Shown: positions 38,636 to 52,688, counted from the first letter of the stretch. The stretch is DNA of 64,000 bases from Octopus sinensis (GCF_006345805.1 NC_043011.1:32376464-32440463); one strand, 5' to 3'. Made by a program: numbers and translations. Notes: generated by a model not told the origin, from the sequence alone.

Positions 38636-39719
38636 TATTAAATAAGCTCAATCCAGACAGCTATATGAAGCTGTTGGAGGCTGTGGTAAATCCTAGGCTG
38701 ATGCGGGTTGAGGAATTATTAGAACTTGCACTGTCAACTTTTAAAACCATAATGAAAAAAGAAGGCTGTATTTTTTTTTTAAAAAAAAAAGAAGAAAGAA
38801 AAGAAAAACTTGCTTTTTTCATGAACGGTGTCTGTCTACCTTATCTAATTTTGGGACCGTAATTTGAATCTGCTTTTACAGTTTACATATCAGTTCAAGT
38901 TACCTATGTCAGAAGTACATCTTCAAATTTAGCATATAATAATTCTTTCTGATTTTGGTACAAGACTAGCCATTTTCAGGGCAAGGGTAAGGCAGTTACA
39001 TCGGCCCTAGTACTTGCCTGGTACATTATTTTATCAACAACGGAGAGCTGAAAGGCAAAGTTGAATCCAAGCAGAATTTGAATGGCGAATGTGACAAGTC
39101 GATGCGCAAACGATTCTGCCACCTCGCCACCTTATAATTTGGTGTAATAGAATCTTTTCTTTTTTGGATTTGGTTTGCAAGATTCTTTATATGAGTTCTT
39201 TTGTTGAAGCATATTCTGTTGTGTCTGGGGAGAGTCATTTTCTTTTTGTGCCTTATAAATATAAGAAATAAATGGAAATTTTACCGGTGAGTGAGTTAAA
39301 TTATAAGGCACAGAAAGAAAATGACCCTCCCCAGATATAACAGAATCTTTTCTTATTTTAACATAAGGTCAGTAGATTCGAAAGGAGGGAATTCGACAAC
39401 ATCGACCTTCAGTGCTCAGCTAGCACTTATCTTATCGATCCCGAAAGTAGGAAAAAATGCCGCTAAGTATTTTGTCCAGCACGATAGCGATTCTACAAGT
39501 TCACCGTCTTCATTTAGCCTATATTAATACATATGAAATACGCACTGTATTATAACAGAAGTTACAAATATATCCTATTGTAGCCTGTATAGTCAATTTA
39601 GTTATTTTATGGTAAGATCTAACCCATATTTGCCTCCATTTAGGTGTTACATTTTAGCCTACATTTACAAAAGTTTATTATCATTATCAATTTAAATTTT
39701 CTCTTACCCTACGGTTTAT

Positions 39720-40030
39720 TTATTTATGCGCCATTTTCAAGCCTAGCCAGGCTCATGGGCCCGGTTTCCTGGTTTCTGTGGCGTATGTGTTCCTCTCCAG
39801 CAGGACGGGACGCCAGTCCATCGCAGCGTTACTCAAGAAACAGGAAGAAAGAGTGAGAGAAAGTTGTGGTGAAAGAGTACCACAGGGGTCGCCACCACCT
39901 CCTGCCGGAGCGTCGTGGAACTTTAGGCGTTTTCACTCAATAAATACACACAACGCCCGGTCCGGGAATCGAAACCGCGATCCTTTGTCAGTGAGTCCGC
40001 TGCCTTAACCACTGGGCCATTGCGCCTCCT
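39720..40030 (-). mobile_element. SINE family B copy
   Basis: Reverse complement of family B. Confidence 0.85.
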
Positions 40031-40053
40031 TCTTTCCCTACGCTACCAACTCT

Positions 40054-40378
40054 CTAAAGACTCCGCCGGTTACGACGACGAGGGTCCCAGCTGATACGAT
40101 CAACGGAACAGCTTGCTCGTGAAATTAACGTGCAAATGGCTGAGCATTCCAAAGACCCGTGTACCCTTAACGTAGTTCTCGGGGATAATCCGCGTGACAC
40201 AGAGAGTGACAAGGCTGACCCTTTGAAATACAAGTACAACTCATTTTTGCCAGCTGAGTGGACTGGAGCAACGTGAAATAAAGTGTCTTGCTCAAGGACA
40301 CAACGCGTCGCCGGGAATCGAACTCACAACCTTACGATCATGAGCCGAATGCCCTAACCACTAAGCCACGCGCCCTCA
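40054..40378 (-). mobile_element. tRNA-derived SINE family C
   Basis: ggcgcgtggcttagtggttag..gagttcgattccc; near-identical to 56717-57039. Confidence 0.9.
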
Positions 40379-40878
40379 CACGCTACCAACTATCATTTAA
40401 TGCGTACGTTGTTTCTTCACATTTTCTATTTGCTTATTGTGAAATTTCTTTAAATAAAAACAAATGGTACGTTTTATTACGCATCTGTAATATTCCTTGC
40501 TCTATCAAACCACCAAAACAGTAAAATATATAAAATATTATTGAAATGACGCACGCAATAGAAAGCAGCGCTGTGTTATAGGAAGAAATGCATCACCTAA
40601 ACAATAAATTCCGACCGCTTCGTATTAATTCAACATTTGAAGGTATAGAATATGCATAAAAAGAACAAGGTTGGTTCGGCAAAAGCATTGTTTAAAGAAG
40701 CAGCTTTCTTTCCTTGGATTGCAGCATATTACCATTTTTGGACTTTCATTCGGCATCAACGATTAATCTGCCATCATGTTAGTATTTTATCGTTCTTGGA
40801 ATTATATCGCATGTCTTTTTAAAGAAAGCTTGTTCTACTCTTCACTAAAAGCTTCTGAACTGGTAAGGAAGAAATCTA

Positions 40879-41093
40879 TTGGGTCGTCCGGAAAGTTCGT
40901 GCCGATTTTTAAAGGCAAGAAAAAGGTCAATAAATACTCGCCATTACATTTTTTATCAACCAAATATGAACTATTTTGTTGCATAATCTTTTCTTTAACT
41001 TGAAAATACCCTCTTCCCAGAATTGAGGTGCCTGGGAGGTTAAGTCGAAAAGTAAGCTACTATAAATCGGCACGAACTTTCCGGACAACCCAA
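40879..41093. mobile_element. mariner-type MITE
   Basis: ~30-bp TIR ttgggtcgtccggaaagttcgtgccgattt; TA TSD on both sides. Confidence 0.9.
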
Positions 41094-41479
41094 TAAATAG
41101 CTGTGTTAGAAATGCACTTTAATACTCGCATTACATTCTAGCTACCAGTAAAAAATACCGTAGTTATTCGTGTATAAGTCGCGCAGCTAATTTAAGGTTA
41201 AATCTTGGTATAATTTTTTCCCCTTTTCATAGATTTAGCTTTGTCTCGCGTATAAGTCGCACCCTAGGTTTTGCAGTTAAAATCAAGTACAAAATAATGT
41301 TAGTTATCCGCGAGTTATTCCGGAAAATATCTTATTTGTCAGATTTTCAGCTTTTGGATTTGTTGTTGCAACTACACCTGCTCTCACAAGTTCTGTAGAA
41401 AGCTACCCAAGCATGTTTGCCTAACAGGTTTAAACAAATCCACAGATATCATCTCATCTTTCCTTAATGTTCGTATCTT

Positions 41480-43170
41480 AGGCTAATCAAAGATACACCA
41501 ATCCAAGGAATACTAGTGGAATATTCCCATCAAAACTTCTGTCAAATGTAAGCATAGCAGGCCGGATATTATTGTTTGGGACAGAGGGGCAAAGGTATGT
41601 GCCATCATAAAGGTTAGATACCCTGCAGATATAAATATCTCTTTGAAAATCAAAGGAAAAGAGGATATCTATGGACAACTGCTTCGAAACCTCCTGCTTC
41701 TTTATCCAGACTATGAATTCATATTCATACCAATAATAATTGGAGTACTAAGTTTTGTTAGTAAATGCTTAAAGGAGAATCTGGATAAACTGGGATTTTC
41801 AGAAAGAGAAATCGACCGGCTAATTGGTACATTACAAGTTCAATCTGTGAGTGAAACAGTAAAACTATGCAAGACTTTTCTCAAGTTCCAAATGTGAATT
41901 TGTCAGTGTTAATTACATCCCAAAGATAGTGCCTTGTATCTTTGTTGGAAACCGACTTCCTCCTCAGTGGAATATTTATAATAATCAAAAAATAGAGGAG
42001 ACATACATACATACATACATACATACATACATACATACATACATACATACATACATACATACATACATGCATAATACATATATACATACATACAAACAGA
42101 CATACGTACATACATTCATAATACATACATACATACATACATACATACAAAACTAAAGATCAGCGAAAAAGAAAATACCTACGCTGAACTATTGAGGAAT
42201 CTACATCTACTCCATTCAGATTACAAGTTCAGGTTTATACCTGTAATTATTGGGGCATTGGGATATGTAACACACCGCCTATATACCAATCTTGAGAAAT
42301 TAGGGTTTTCAAAACCAGAAAGGACAAATCTGATTCGAAGACTACAGATCCAATCCATCATTGGAATTGTAAAAATCTGTAAAACTTTCCAGGAGTTTAT
42401 CATTTAAGTATATACGAGCATGACTCGACATGCAACTATTTGTATGAGAGTGCATTCATGAAACAAAGCATATAACATATACATACATTCATGCAAAAAT
42501 ACCCTGTTGTTGATGCTGAAATTCCAATAAAGGAGCCTTGGGTCTAGGTTAGAAATCCACTCTTTCTCCATTGGTAAGAAATCTTGAAATAAATCTGAAT
42601 AATGGTATACATACAATGCCATCCGGAAAAAAAGACTGCCCTGGAATAAATATAAAGAATATTATTGAATACATACACAAATATCAACACAAAGAATGCT
42701 AGTGGAACATTCCCGTCAAAACATATGTCATATGTAAACATAACAGGCCAGATATTGTTGTTTGGGACAGACAAGAAAAAGTATGTACCGTCATAGTGGT
42801 CAGCTGTCCTGCTGATGTGAATACCACGTTGAAAATCAGAGGAAGAAGATAACTATAGACAAATGCTTCGAAACGTCCAACTTCGATATCCAGATTACAA
42901 ATTCACATTTATACCAATAATAATTAGAGCAGTTGGTTTTGTGAGTAAATGCTTATCTAAACAATCTGGATAAGCTTGGATTTTCAGGAAAGGAACTCAA
43001 CAAACTAGGACATTACAAATACAATCTATAAGTGGAGCAGTAAAAATATGCAAGACTTTTCTCAAGTTTAAAATGTGACTTGTTTTCGTTAAGTACATTC
43101 TAAGGATGGAGATTTGTATGTTTGTTAGAAACCAATTCCTTCCTCAAAGGAAGAATTAAAATTATCAAAG
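41480..43170 (+). mobile_element. Three tandem 5'-truncated REL-endonuclease non-LTR retrotransposon ends (R4/Dong-like)
   Basis: RPDI..W, K.K...Y, FIPIIIG.LG, V.K.CKTF.KF* repeated at 41480-42000, 42150-42603 and 42670-43170. Confidence 0.75.
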
Positions 43171-43230
43171 ACAGAAGAGAATAATACAACTGGTCCTCCG
43201 TCGGTTACGACGATGTGTGCTCAAGTTGAT

Positions 43231-43480
43231 CCGTGTTCCCAAAGTGGGTGGTATTGCCCCCACCCCCGGGGGTGGTGGAAAGTTGAAGAAAAGTGGGGTG
43301 ATAATGGGGGAGCGATTCGTGTAAAAAACAACAAAATAATGGGTTGATTAGGTTGTTTTATTTGTGAAATACAGTTGCTTTGAATTTGCTTCAGAAAGAG
43401 GCCTGTTTGGGGTGGGGGAACTAGGAATGTGGACTGAGTGTCAAGGGGGCGGCAGCCCGAAAAAAGTTTGGGAACCACTG
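43231..43480. mobile_element. hAT-like MITE inside a SINE family C copy (43195-43757)
   Basis: gtgttcccaaagtggg / gtttgggaaccactg termini. Confidence 0.6.
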
Positions 43481-44605
43481 GATTAACGGAACAACCTGCT
43501 CATGAAATTACCATGCAAGTGGCTGAGCACTCCACAGACACGCATAGCCCTAATGTAGTTCTCCGGGAGATTCAGCGTGACATAGACTGTGACATGGCTA
43601 CCCCTTCGAAATACGGGTACCATTCATATTTACCAGCCCAGTGGAGTGGAGAAATGAGAAGCTAAGTGTCTTGCTTAAGGACACAACTCACAAGTATCGA
43701 ACTCACAACATTACCATCGTAAGCCGAACACCCTAACTCCTAAGCCACGCTCCTTCACCATACATATCTATACCGTATTTGCCAACTCATGAAGTAATGA
43801 GATGCAGCTCAATTTTCAAAAGTCATTTCTTAAAAAAAAAAATTAAAAAGAAAAAATTAAAGAAAAAAACAAACAACGTTTTTGCCTGATGCTCTTAGCT
43901 AGCTCCACTGTCAGCTATTTTGAAGTCTGATGTATTCAGATCTTTACGAAATTCCATTACGATCCATGGAAAAAATATCCTTAACTCACTCGTGGCTCTA
44001 TTTCTAACTAAATACACCTCTATACATTTCACTGAAATTCTAAACCAATTACGAATTAAAATTGAGTAAACAAAACAACTACAACCTTTTTTCTTTATTT
44101 CCATCTGTTGATATATTAAAGTAGTCTTTCACACGCAACTCATCAAACGATTCTTAATATAAATCTATTTTGGAATCTTTATCTAAAATGTACATCAAAT
44201 TTCAGATAAATACAGGTAAAAATCTGAAATATAAAGTTAATTTTTGTTTAAATATCATCATATATATTTTATCACTTACGAGTTTTCAGTCATTGGCCCA
44301 CGGCCATGCTGGGACACCGCCCCGTAGAGTTTTAGTCGAACAAATCTCCCCTAGTATTAATGTATTTTCTCCTTATAAAGTCTGGTGCTTATTGTATCGC
44401 TCTCCTTTGCCGAACCGCCGAGTTAAGGGGACATAAACCAACATCAGTTGTCAAGTGGTGGTAGGGAACAAACATAAACATAAAAACAAGAACATACACA
44501 CGCGCGCGCGCACACACTTACCTACCTACCTACATACATACATACATCATATATACACATATATCAATGCATCAATGCATCCATATATATATATATATAT
44601 ATATA

Positions 44606-44912
44606 TTGCTGTTTGTTCCTTCTCGAGCCACGCCTGGCTCATAAGGGCCGGTTTCCCGGTTTCCTTGGCGTATAGGTTCCCCACCTAGACGAGACGCCGG
44701 TCTGTCGCAGGTGAGCTGCTAGATGCAGGAGGAAAGAGTGAGAGAATGTTGTGGCGAAAGAGTCAGCAGAAGTTCGCCATTACCTTCTGCCAGAGCCGCG
44801 TGGAGCTTAGGTGTTTCGCTCATAAACACACACATCGCCCGGTTTGAGATTCGAACCCGCGATCCCTCGACTGCGAGTCTGCTACTCTAACCATTAGACC
44901 ATGTGCCTCCAC
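44606..44912 (-). mobile_element. SINE family B-related copy
   Basis: tRNA-like head on the minus strand. Confidence 0.8.
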
Positions 44913-44959
44913 ACACACACATACACACATATATGCGTGCGTGTGTGTGTGTGGGGGCT

Positions 44960-46022
44960 ATTATTCAGCATCAAGAGGAGGGACATATGTCCGACAGGTA
45001 CCATTCGGTCCGTGGTGTCTTAGCTTTTTTTTCCCCTTTGCAGGTGAAGCTATGGTGCTGTGGACAATAGAGCATCGCGTGTTTGTCTACGACAGTTACG
45101 TGAAGAATAACGAGTCTGTCACAGCAGTTCAGTGTGAGTTTCGGCACCACTTCAACATTCACCGAAATCAGGCTGTTCCCACCCATAACACAACATTACG
45201 TCAGGTGAATGCACTTCGTACACGAGCTACACTAATTAATAGGAGACTGGTGGGGGCGCCACGAACAGTAGGGACCCCGGAAAATGTGGAACGCGTCAGA
45301 CAAGCTTTGATACGGAGTCCGAATCGCTCTGCTCGGAAGCATTCCACAGAACTTGACATCAGTAATCAATCGTTAAGGCGTATTTTGCATGAAGGCCTGC
45401 ATTTCCACACATGCAAATTGGTCATTGGATAACAGTTGACACCATAACACAGCGGCTTAACTTTGCACGTCAGATGGAAGCAATCTTTGAGGCAAATGAC
45501 AACCTCATTTTGTTAATGAGTGACGATGCTTATTTTCATCTCAATGATCGACAGAACTGTTGTTATTGGGCTCTTGGAAATCCGAGAGAACTGCACGAAG
45601 GGCCACTGTACAACTCAAAAGTAACGATCTGGTGTGCTGTTGGAAAAGCTGTTGTCATTGGTCCTTACTTTTTTGAAGACAATAATGGAAATGCTGTTAC
45701 TGTGAACTCCGAGTGTTACATCGAGATGGTAAACAACTTCTTTGTGCCTGAATTACGACGAAAACGACGTGTGTAGTTTCAGCAGGATGTGGCAACGGCC
45801 CGCACAGCCAAAGCATCAATGGTCGTTCTTCACCCTCTCTTTTGCGACCGCCTTATTTCCAGGTTTGTTGACATTCCTTGGCCCATCGGTCCCCTGATTT
45901 GTCGATATGTGATTATTTCTTGTGGGGGAAACCCCAAGGCACGTGTGTATGCGCATAAGCCCCGTACTTTGGACGATTTGAATGAAGTTATTCGTATGGA
46001 AGTCGTCCAAATCGACAAAGAA
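44960..46022 (+). mobile_element. rosa/DD41D-like Tc1/mariner transposase pseudogene
   Basis: ESVTAVQ.EFR, TPENVERVR, MSDDAYFHLN, IGPYFFED, FQQD.AT; frameshifts and stops. Confidence 0.88.
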
Positions 46023-46126
46023 ATGTTGTTTTCCACACTTGATTTTGACAAATGCTAATTCAATACGAATTGAAACATAATTGCAGAGTTATTATAAACG
46101 ACGGATTAAGAAATAATGCATAAAGT

Positions 46127-46205
46127 CGCTTACAGCTGTTTCTGGAATAGCTGTATTTATGGTGTAAAGACTTTCATATATGTCAACTATACCGTCTTCA
46201 GAGAG
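46127..46205 (-). ncRNA. Type I hammerhead ribozyme (partly decayed)
   Basis: Minus strand: CTGAAGA-cggtatagttg..cagctattcca-GAA-ACAGCTGT-A-ag; weak stem I. Confidence 0.55.
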
Positions 46206-46321
46206 GAAGAATTAAGGAACATCCTCTGTAAAAGATAATAGTAGTTTCCATTTTCAACCTGAGCACTTATTGTACATGCCTATTGCATTACGCCATTAGA
46301 CGAAATTTTACGCATACACAC

Positions 46322-46414
<93 letters not shown>

Positions 46415-46789
46415 AAACGGAAAATGAATTTGGTACGAATCTTTATTTAACGCATTTTCCGTCACCTCATCAATTATAAAGTAAATGAACACTGCAGAAT
46501 TCCTGACGTATATCCATTGAAAATGATACCGTAACTGCTGATGGCACCAGGTAGCCCAAACGCTGAGTGTGTTTTAATCGGCATATTAATAGACATATAC
46601 ACAAAGACCAGATAATTACTATATATATATGTGTGTGTGTATGTATGTATGTATGTATTAAGTCATAATATATGCATTCAACTTATCCTGTGGAACACGA
46701 AAACAGTCCCTAATGCATCATTTTACAAACCACATTGAATATACAGTACGATACAAGAGAAAAACATAAGGACTGTATAAAATTATAAA

Positions 46790-47049
46790 TAACGAGAGAA
46801 ATATATTATGATAAAATTTATTTTGCCACTGGAAATCTTTATTGAACGACAACTGTTTCGCAGCTTAATAAAAACATGTGTAGATAATTTACATATGTAT
46901 ATATATATATTAATGCAGACATGTAAGTAATTAATTACTTATAATATAATATAATACACATGTTTTTTATTAAGCTACGAAACAGTTGTCGTTCAATAAG
47001 AATTTCCAGTGGCAAGATAAATTTTATCATAATATATATGTCTCTCGTA
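46790..47049. repeat. Inverted repeat carrying a hammerhead 3' half (GAAACAGTTGTC)
   Basis: Arms 46790-46882 / 46954-47049. Confidence 0.8.
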
Positions 47050-47863
47050 TATATATATATACAATCTTTAAATTAATGTATTAATGTAGATATTAAGCTA
47101 TCTCTATAAATTAAAAGAAATCCATATTTAAATCCCTCGATATAACGCTTGAAGAAGGTGAAGTCAATATTAAAAGAATACCTTAAAATATGGAAGACAA
47201 GGATAAAATTAATAGAAATTAATAAGGTAGTTTTCTAAAGAAGGGAAGGGAAATTTAGTAAGATATTAAAAAGTAATTAGTAGATAATTTCGGCATAAGA
47301 AAAGGAAAATCATGTATTTATCATTAATAACCTAGAAAACAAAAGATCGGGAAGATAGAGAAAAAATAATATTAAAGTAAAACTAAATAAAAGTTCTTAG
47401 AGACAATGTTTACAAAATATAAGGATAGATATCAACAAGAAAGATATGAACATTAGATTAAAAATTAGAAGCACAAAGATATACGAGAATTGACGAATAA
47501 AAGTCATATTTTTTTTAGTATTGTAGATGGAGATAGATAGAAATATATAAAGTAAATACATAGAATAATAATATTGATATGCATTCGTTGAAATAGTGTT
47601 TGAAAATCCGTAATTATTGTTATAAAACATCTAGGTATATTGAAATTTTTATAACATATAACCGTCAATGTCCTATAAATATTGTTAGCATCTATATAAG
47701 GTCAAAATTTGAATTACTATTATATGCAAGGTGGTCGAATTGACTATATAAACAGTTAAATATTATCATCAGGGTTATAAATAATTATAATTAGTAAGAA
47801 ATAGAATAATAAAGATAAGCCAATAGAAACATAAGCAAAAACGCACATACACACATACACACT

Positions 47864-47900
<37 letters not shown>

Positions 47901-48282
47901 CTTTTATTTGTTTGTTTGTTTGTGATTTGACTACGGCCATGCTGGAGCACTGCCTTTAATCTAACAGATTGACCCCAGGACTTATTCTTTGTAAGTCTAG
48001 TACTTTTCTATCGATCTGTTTTGGTGAACTGCTAAGTTACGGGGACGTAAATATACCAACATCGATTGTCAAGCGATGGTGGTGGTGTGTGGGGACAAAC
48101 ACATACACACACACATACCACACACACACACACACACAACAACACATACGAAGGCTTTGGTCGGTCTGAGGCTATAGAAGACACTTGCCCAAGGTGCCAC
48201 GAAGTGAACCCGAGCCCGGAACAATGTGGTTGGTATATATATATATATATATACACACATACATACATACATACATACTTAC

Positions 48283-48370
<88 letters not shown>

Positions 48371-48381
48371 GTCTATCATGT

Positions 48382-48431
<50 letters not shown>

Positions 48432-49276
48432 CAAAGAAATTCCAACTCTGTCTGTTTTTATGTTTTATTTATAATGTTTATAATATTAATGTAGAATATA
48501 GAATATATAGCATAAATAGTATATATAGTAAAATGAAATGAAGTATTGATTGTCTTATTGAATAGATGAAAAATTGAATATCAAATATCGAATATTAAGG
48601 GACTAGTATACTTGCATGCGTTATAGCAGTCTTCAAGGTCCCAGGTTGTGACTGATGCTTATTCCACTTGCATTCATTAGTATCTGATTGTTGGATATAA
48701 GTTAATCAAGTTCGTTTAACACTGAGTGCTTTATAGATATGTGCCTGGATTTTTGAATTCCTTTTATTTCTTGTATATTTGCTCAAAATGCGATGTAGCG
48801 AAACTGAATCCAGAGCTGGGATCAAGCTTCTTTGAAAAACTCTCTCCAAAATCCCTAAAAGCAGAATTTGAAGAGACATCTGTCTGATTCTGGCCGCAGT
48901 CAAATGATTCCGCACAATTTCCATCTACCAAATTCTCTCAGACAGCAGCATCGGCCCGGTGCTAGAGTAGAAGACGTTTGACCAAGGATTGCTTTTTTTT
49001 TTATTAAAAAATTTTTTTTACTTATTTTGTAAAGTAGGATTTGACGGGAGATTTGTCTGTTGTTTCTAACGGGCCGAACGACAACACAAGAGTTACATCC
49101 CGGCTTATAAAGAGTAGGCATGGTTTTGTGGTGGAGGTCACATTGTAACTGCATGGCTTCTGGTTCAGTCCCATTTCACGGTACCTTGGTCAAACGTCTT
49201 CTACTCTAGCACCGGACCGATGCTGCTGTGTGAGAGAATTTAGTAGATGGAATTGTGCGGAAGTTATATATATATA

Positions 49277-49316
<40 letters not shown>

Positions 49317-49387
49317 TCCCGGGTTGAGTCGGGGTTAACCACAGTAAATAAGGTACTCTATACATAGCAGAGTAAATTAATTTATTT

Positions 49388-49502
49388 TATAGAAGGAGCT
49401 TCTACAGGACTAGAACTGTTTCATTCAAATGAAATCATCAGGAAGCTCCTGATGATTTCATTTGAATGAAACAGTCCTAGTCCTGTAGAAGCTCCTTCTA
49501 TA
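49388..49502. ncRNA. Back-to-back hammerhead pair in a palindrome
   Basis: Minus 49395-49449: GGAGCTTC-CTGATGA-..-GAA-ACAG..CTGT-A-GAAGCTCC; mirror core on + from 49449. Confidence 0.75.
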
Positions 49503-49549
49503 TATATATATATATATATATATGATATTATATATATCTATATATATAC

Positions 49550-49917
49550 CTTTTAACTTGTTTTCAGTCATTTGACTGCGGCCATGCTGGAGTACCGCCT
49601 TTAGTCGAACAAATCGACCCCAGGACTTATTCTTTGTAAGTCTAGTACTTATTCTATAGGTCTCTTTTGCTGAACCGCTAAGTTACGGTATCGTAAACAC
49701 ACCAGCATCGGTTGTCAAGCGATGTTGGGGTGGGGGTGGAGGACAAACACATACACACATACATATATATATATACATATATACGGCGGGCTTCTTTCGG
49801 TTTCCGTCTACCAAATCCACTCACAAGGCTATAGTAGAAGTGACTTGCCCAAGGTGCCACGCAGTGGGCTGAACCCGGAACCATGTGGTTGGTAAGCAAG
49901 CTACTTACCACACAGTC
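49550..49917 (-). mobile_element. SINE family A copy
   Basis: Reverse complement of family A. Confidence 0.85.
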
Positions 49918-50096
49918 TCCTGGCTGCCTATATATATATATTATATATATATATATAATATATATATGCATGTATATAGATGTATGTTTGTGTGTGCATT
50001 ATATATACATAGATGTATATATATCCACATACACATACACAGATAACGCACATACACGCTCATATATATATATATAATATTATATAATATTATTTA

Positions 50097-50263
50097 TATT
50101 AATAAACAAATATAAGAGAGAATCCACTATGTGGACGCTCTTGCGCTAAAGTAGATCCGCATGGTCTCACCACCAAAATTGTTGGTGGTTGAGACCATGG
50201 CGGATCTATTTTTGGCGCAAGAGCGTCACATAGTGGATTCTCTCTTATATTTGTGTATTAATA
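50097..50263. repeat. ~165-bp imperfect palindrome (PLE-like end)
   Basis: Arms meet near 50175-50182; the flank 50285-50348 resembles 32825-32892. Confidence 0.8.
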
Positions 50264-50399
50264 TTTACTGAATCCCAGTTATTTTGCGCTAAACCACTTG
50301 GTGTTAAATGATGTTATTAAATTAAATATCCAATTTTTCACCTTATTTTGATAAATATAAATATATTTATATTATATTATATATATATATATATATATC

Positions 50400-50985
50400 T
50401 CACCCTATACCTTATTCCATTCGTTCTATCCCTATCCCATCCGTCCCCCCCCCTTTCACGTTTCTCTATCTTAATCTCCAGCTCGAGCTGTCTCTTTCTT
50501 TGTTCTCTCCTCGTGATTCCTGTTTATCTGTCTTTATGTCTTTTGTTCTCACACGTGACAGCGACCGCTGTTTTCATCGCTCTTTTCGTTTTCACGCAGT
50601 CCGTCAGAAGCAACCGATCTGTTCGTTCGTGGCTTAGACAACTCACAAACCAGCCCCTACTCAAATCGTCCTGTCGAAACACCTTGTCCACTACTCCTGG
50701 TTTTGTTGTTGGTTTATTTTTTATTTTACCGATTGACGCTTTTTGTATTCTTATTGGATTCACGTATTCTGTATTTTTGTTTGTCAGGACTTCGCGTTCC
50801 GTCCTTTCGTTGTACCATTCGAAGCTTTGGGTGGCCCTACGGAGCAATCTCAAGATTAATCACCGAAATTGCAAGAGATGATCTGGTTCTGACTGATGAC
50901 CGATGGCTTCGAATGTTTGATTCTTGTGCGTCTCTGTGGCGTTTCATGTCTTGTCCATGTCTGTATTTAATTTTACTGTTACCTA
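50400..50985 (+). mobile_element. PLE-like remnant with permuted-hammerhead motif (50844-50908)
   Basis: Homologous to 12100-12330; flanked by (TA)n. Confidence 0.6.
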
Positions 50986-51589
50986 TATATATTATAATAT
51001 ACACACACACATATATATAATACTCTTTACTCTTAATAATCTTTACTATTTCAATTTTACTAATAATGCTAGCATATTTATATTATTCTATAATCTTTTT
51101 TTAATAAGTGACATAAACACACCAGCATCGTGTAAGCAATGCTAATATAAACACACACATAACATACTATATATATATACATATATACGCAGGCTTCTAA
51201 TCATTTCGTCTACCATCCATTCACAAGATTGTCGGGTATAGCATAAGACTTGCCCAATGCCACATAGGATGAAACCAATGTTGTTGGTTAATAATACTTA
51301 CCACACATAATCGTATATATATATAATATTTATATATACATGTGGGTGTGGTGTGTTATGTGTGGTGTGCGTGTGTAAGTGTGTGATTGTGAGTGTGTGA
51401 TCTAATATCTGGTTTCTACATTAACCGTCTAAGGGTGTTGTTTTGTTTACAATTCGTAACTTACTAAATCGGCAAAAGAGATAAAAAAATAACAACCAAA
51501 TGCCAAACTTAAAAAGACCCATAAACCTGGGTTGATTTTGTTCGGCTGAACCCCCTTCAAGGCGTTGTGTCTCAACATCCGCAGTAGAA

Positions 51590-51848
51590 TAATTAATAAC
51601 AACAACAACAATACTGATAATGATGGATGATGATGATGATGATGATGAGTATAATAATAATAATGATAATAATAATAATAATAATAATCTAATATAATGA
51701 TAATTCTTAATAATAATAATAATAATAATAATAATGATAATAATCTTAATAGTAATAATAATAATAATAATATAATATTAATATAATGATGATAATAAAA
51801 TAAAATAATAATAAAATAATAATAATCATAATAATAACTGATAATAAT

Positions 51849-51882
<34 letters not shown>

Positions 51883-51950
51883 GATAATAATCTTTAATAA
51901 AAATAATATGATAATAATAATATTAATATTAATAATATAATAGAATAAGA

Positions 51951-51981
<31 letters not shown>

Positions 51982-52120
51982 AATGATATAATCTTAATAA
52001 TAATATAATAATACTAATAAAAATAATTAATATTATGATTATATTATTAATTATATTATAAATAAAATAATCATATAATAATATAATAATAATACTATGA
52101 TGATAATAATGATGATAAAA
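51590..52120. repeat. Degenerate (AAT)n tract
   Basis: Seen directly. Confidence 0.9.
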
Positions 52121-52688
52121 ACGTATTGTTTTGATTCATTAAAAAACTTAAATATAAAATCATCCAAATATACTCCATATGTTTGTTAAGAATTAAAGGG
52201 AAACTTATTTTGAAACGGTGTGTTCTTTATTTTCTATATAACATATAACGAAGAAGAAGCAATATTGATCTTCGCTGGAGCCTTTTTACATTTCGTTTTT
52301 CACTATTTTTTTCTTTCTTTTCCTTTTACCATTTTTTCTCCCTTTTTAAAAAAAAAAAAAAAAAAATAAATAATATAACAATCAGAGAGAGAGAAAAAAA
52401 ACAGAAAAAAAAAACTGTCGGAATTGTTAAAATTGTTGGCAGTTTGAGACGAAATTATCGGCCAGTCATTCCTAGCTGAAATTATACACAACAGCTCAGT
52501 CACAAGGGAAGAATAACACCACCACCCACCACCACCACCACCACCACAACGCATATTATGTGTCTACACACACACATTTATGCATACACATTTATGCATA
52601 CTATATATTTATATATATATATATATATATATTTCTATATATATATATATCTATATATATAATACTATATGTTCATGTTGTACATATG

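Noticed and set aside
51000-52120. Unusually deletion-ridden, AT-shifted SINE copy and noisy (AAT)n
   Set aside because: Looks like low-quality long-read consensus rather than biology.
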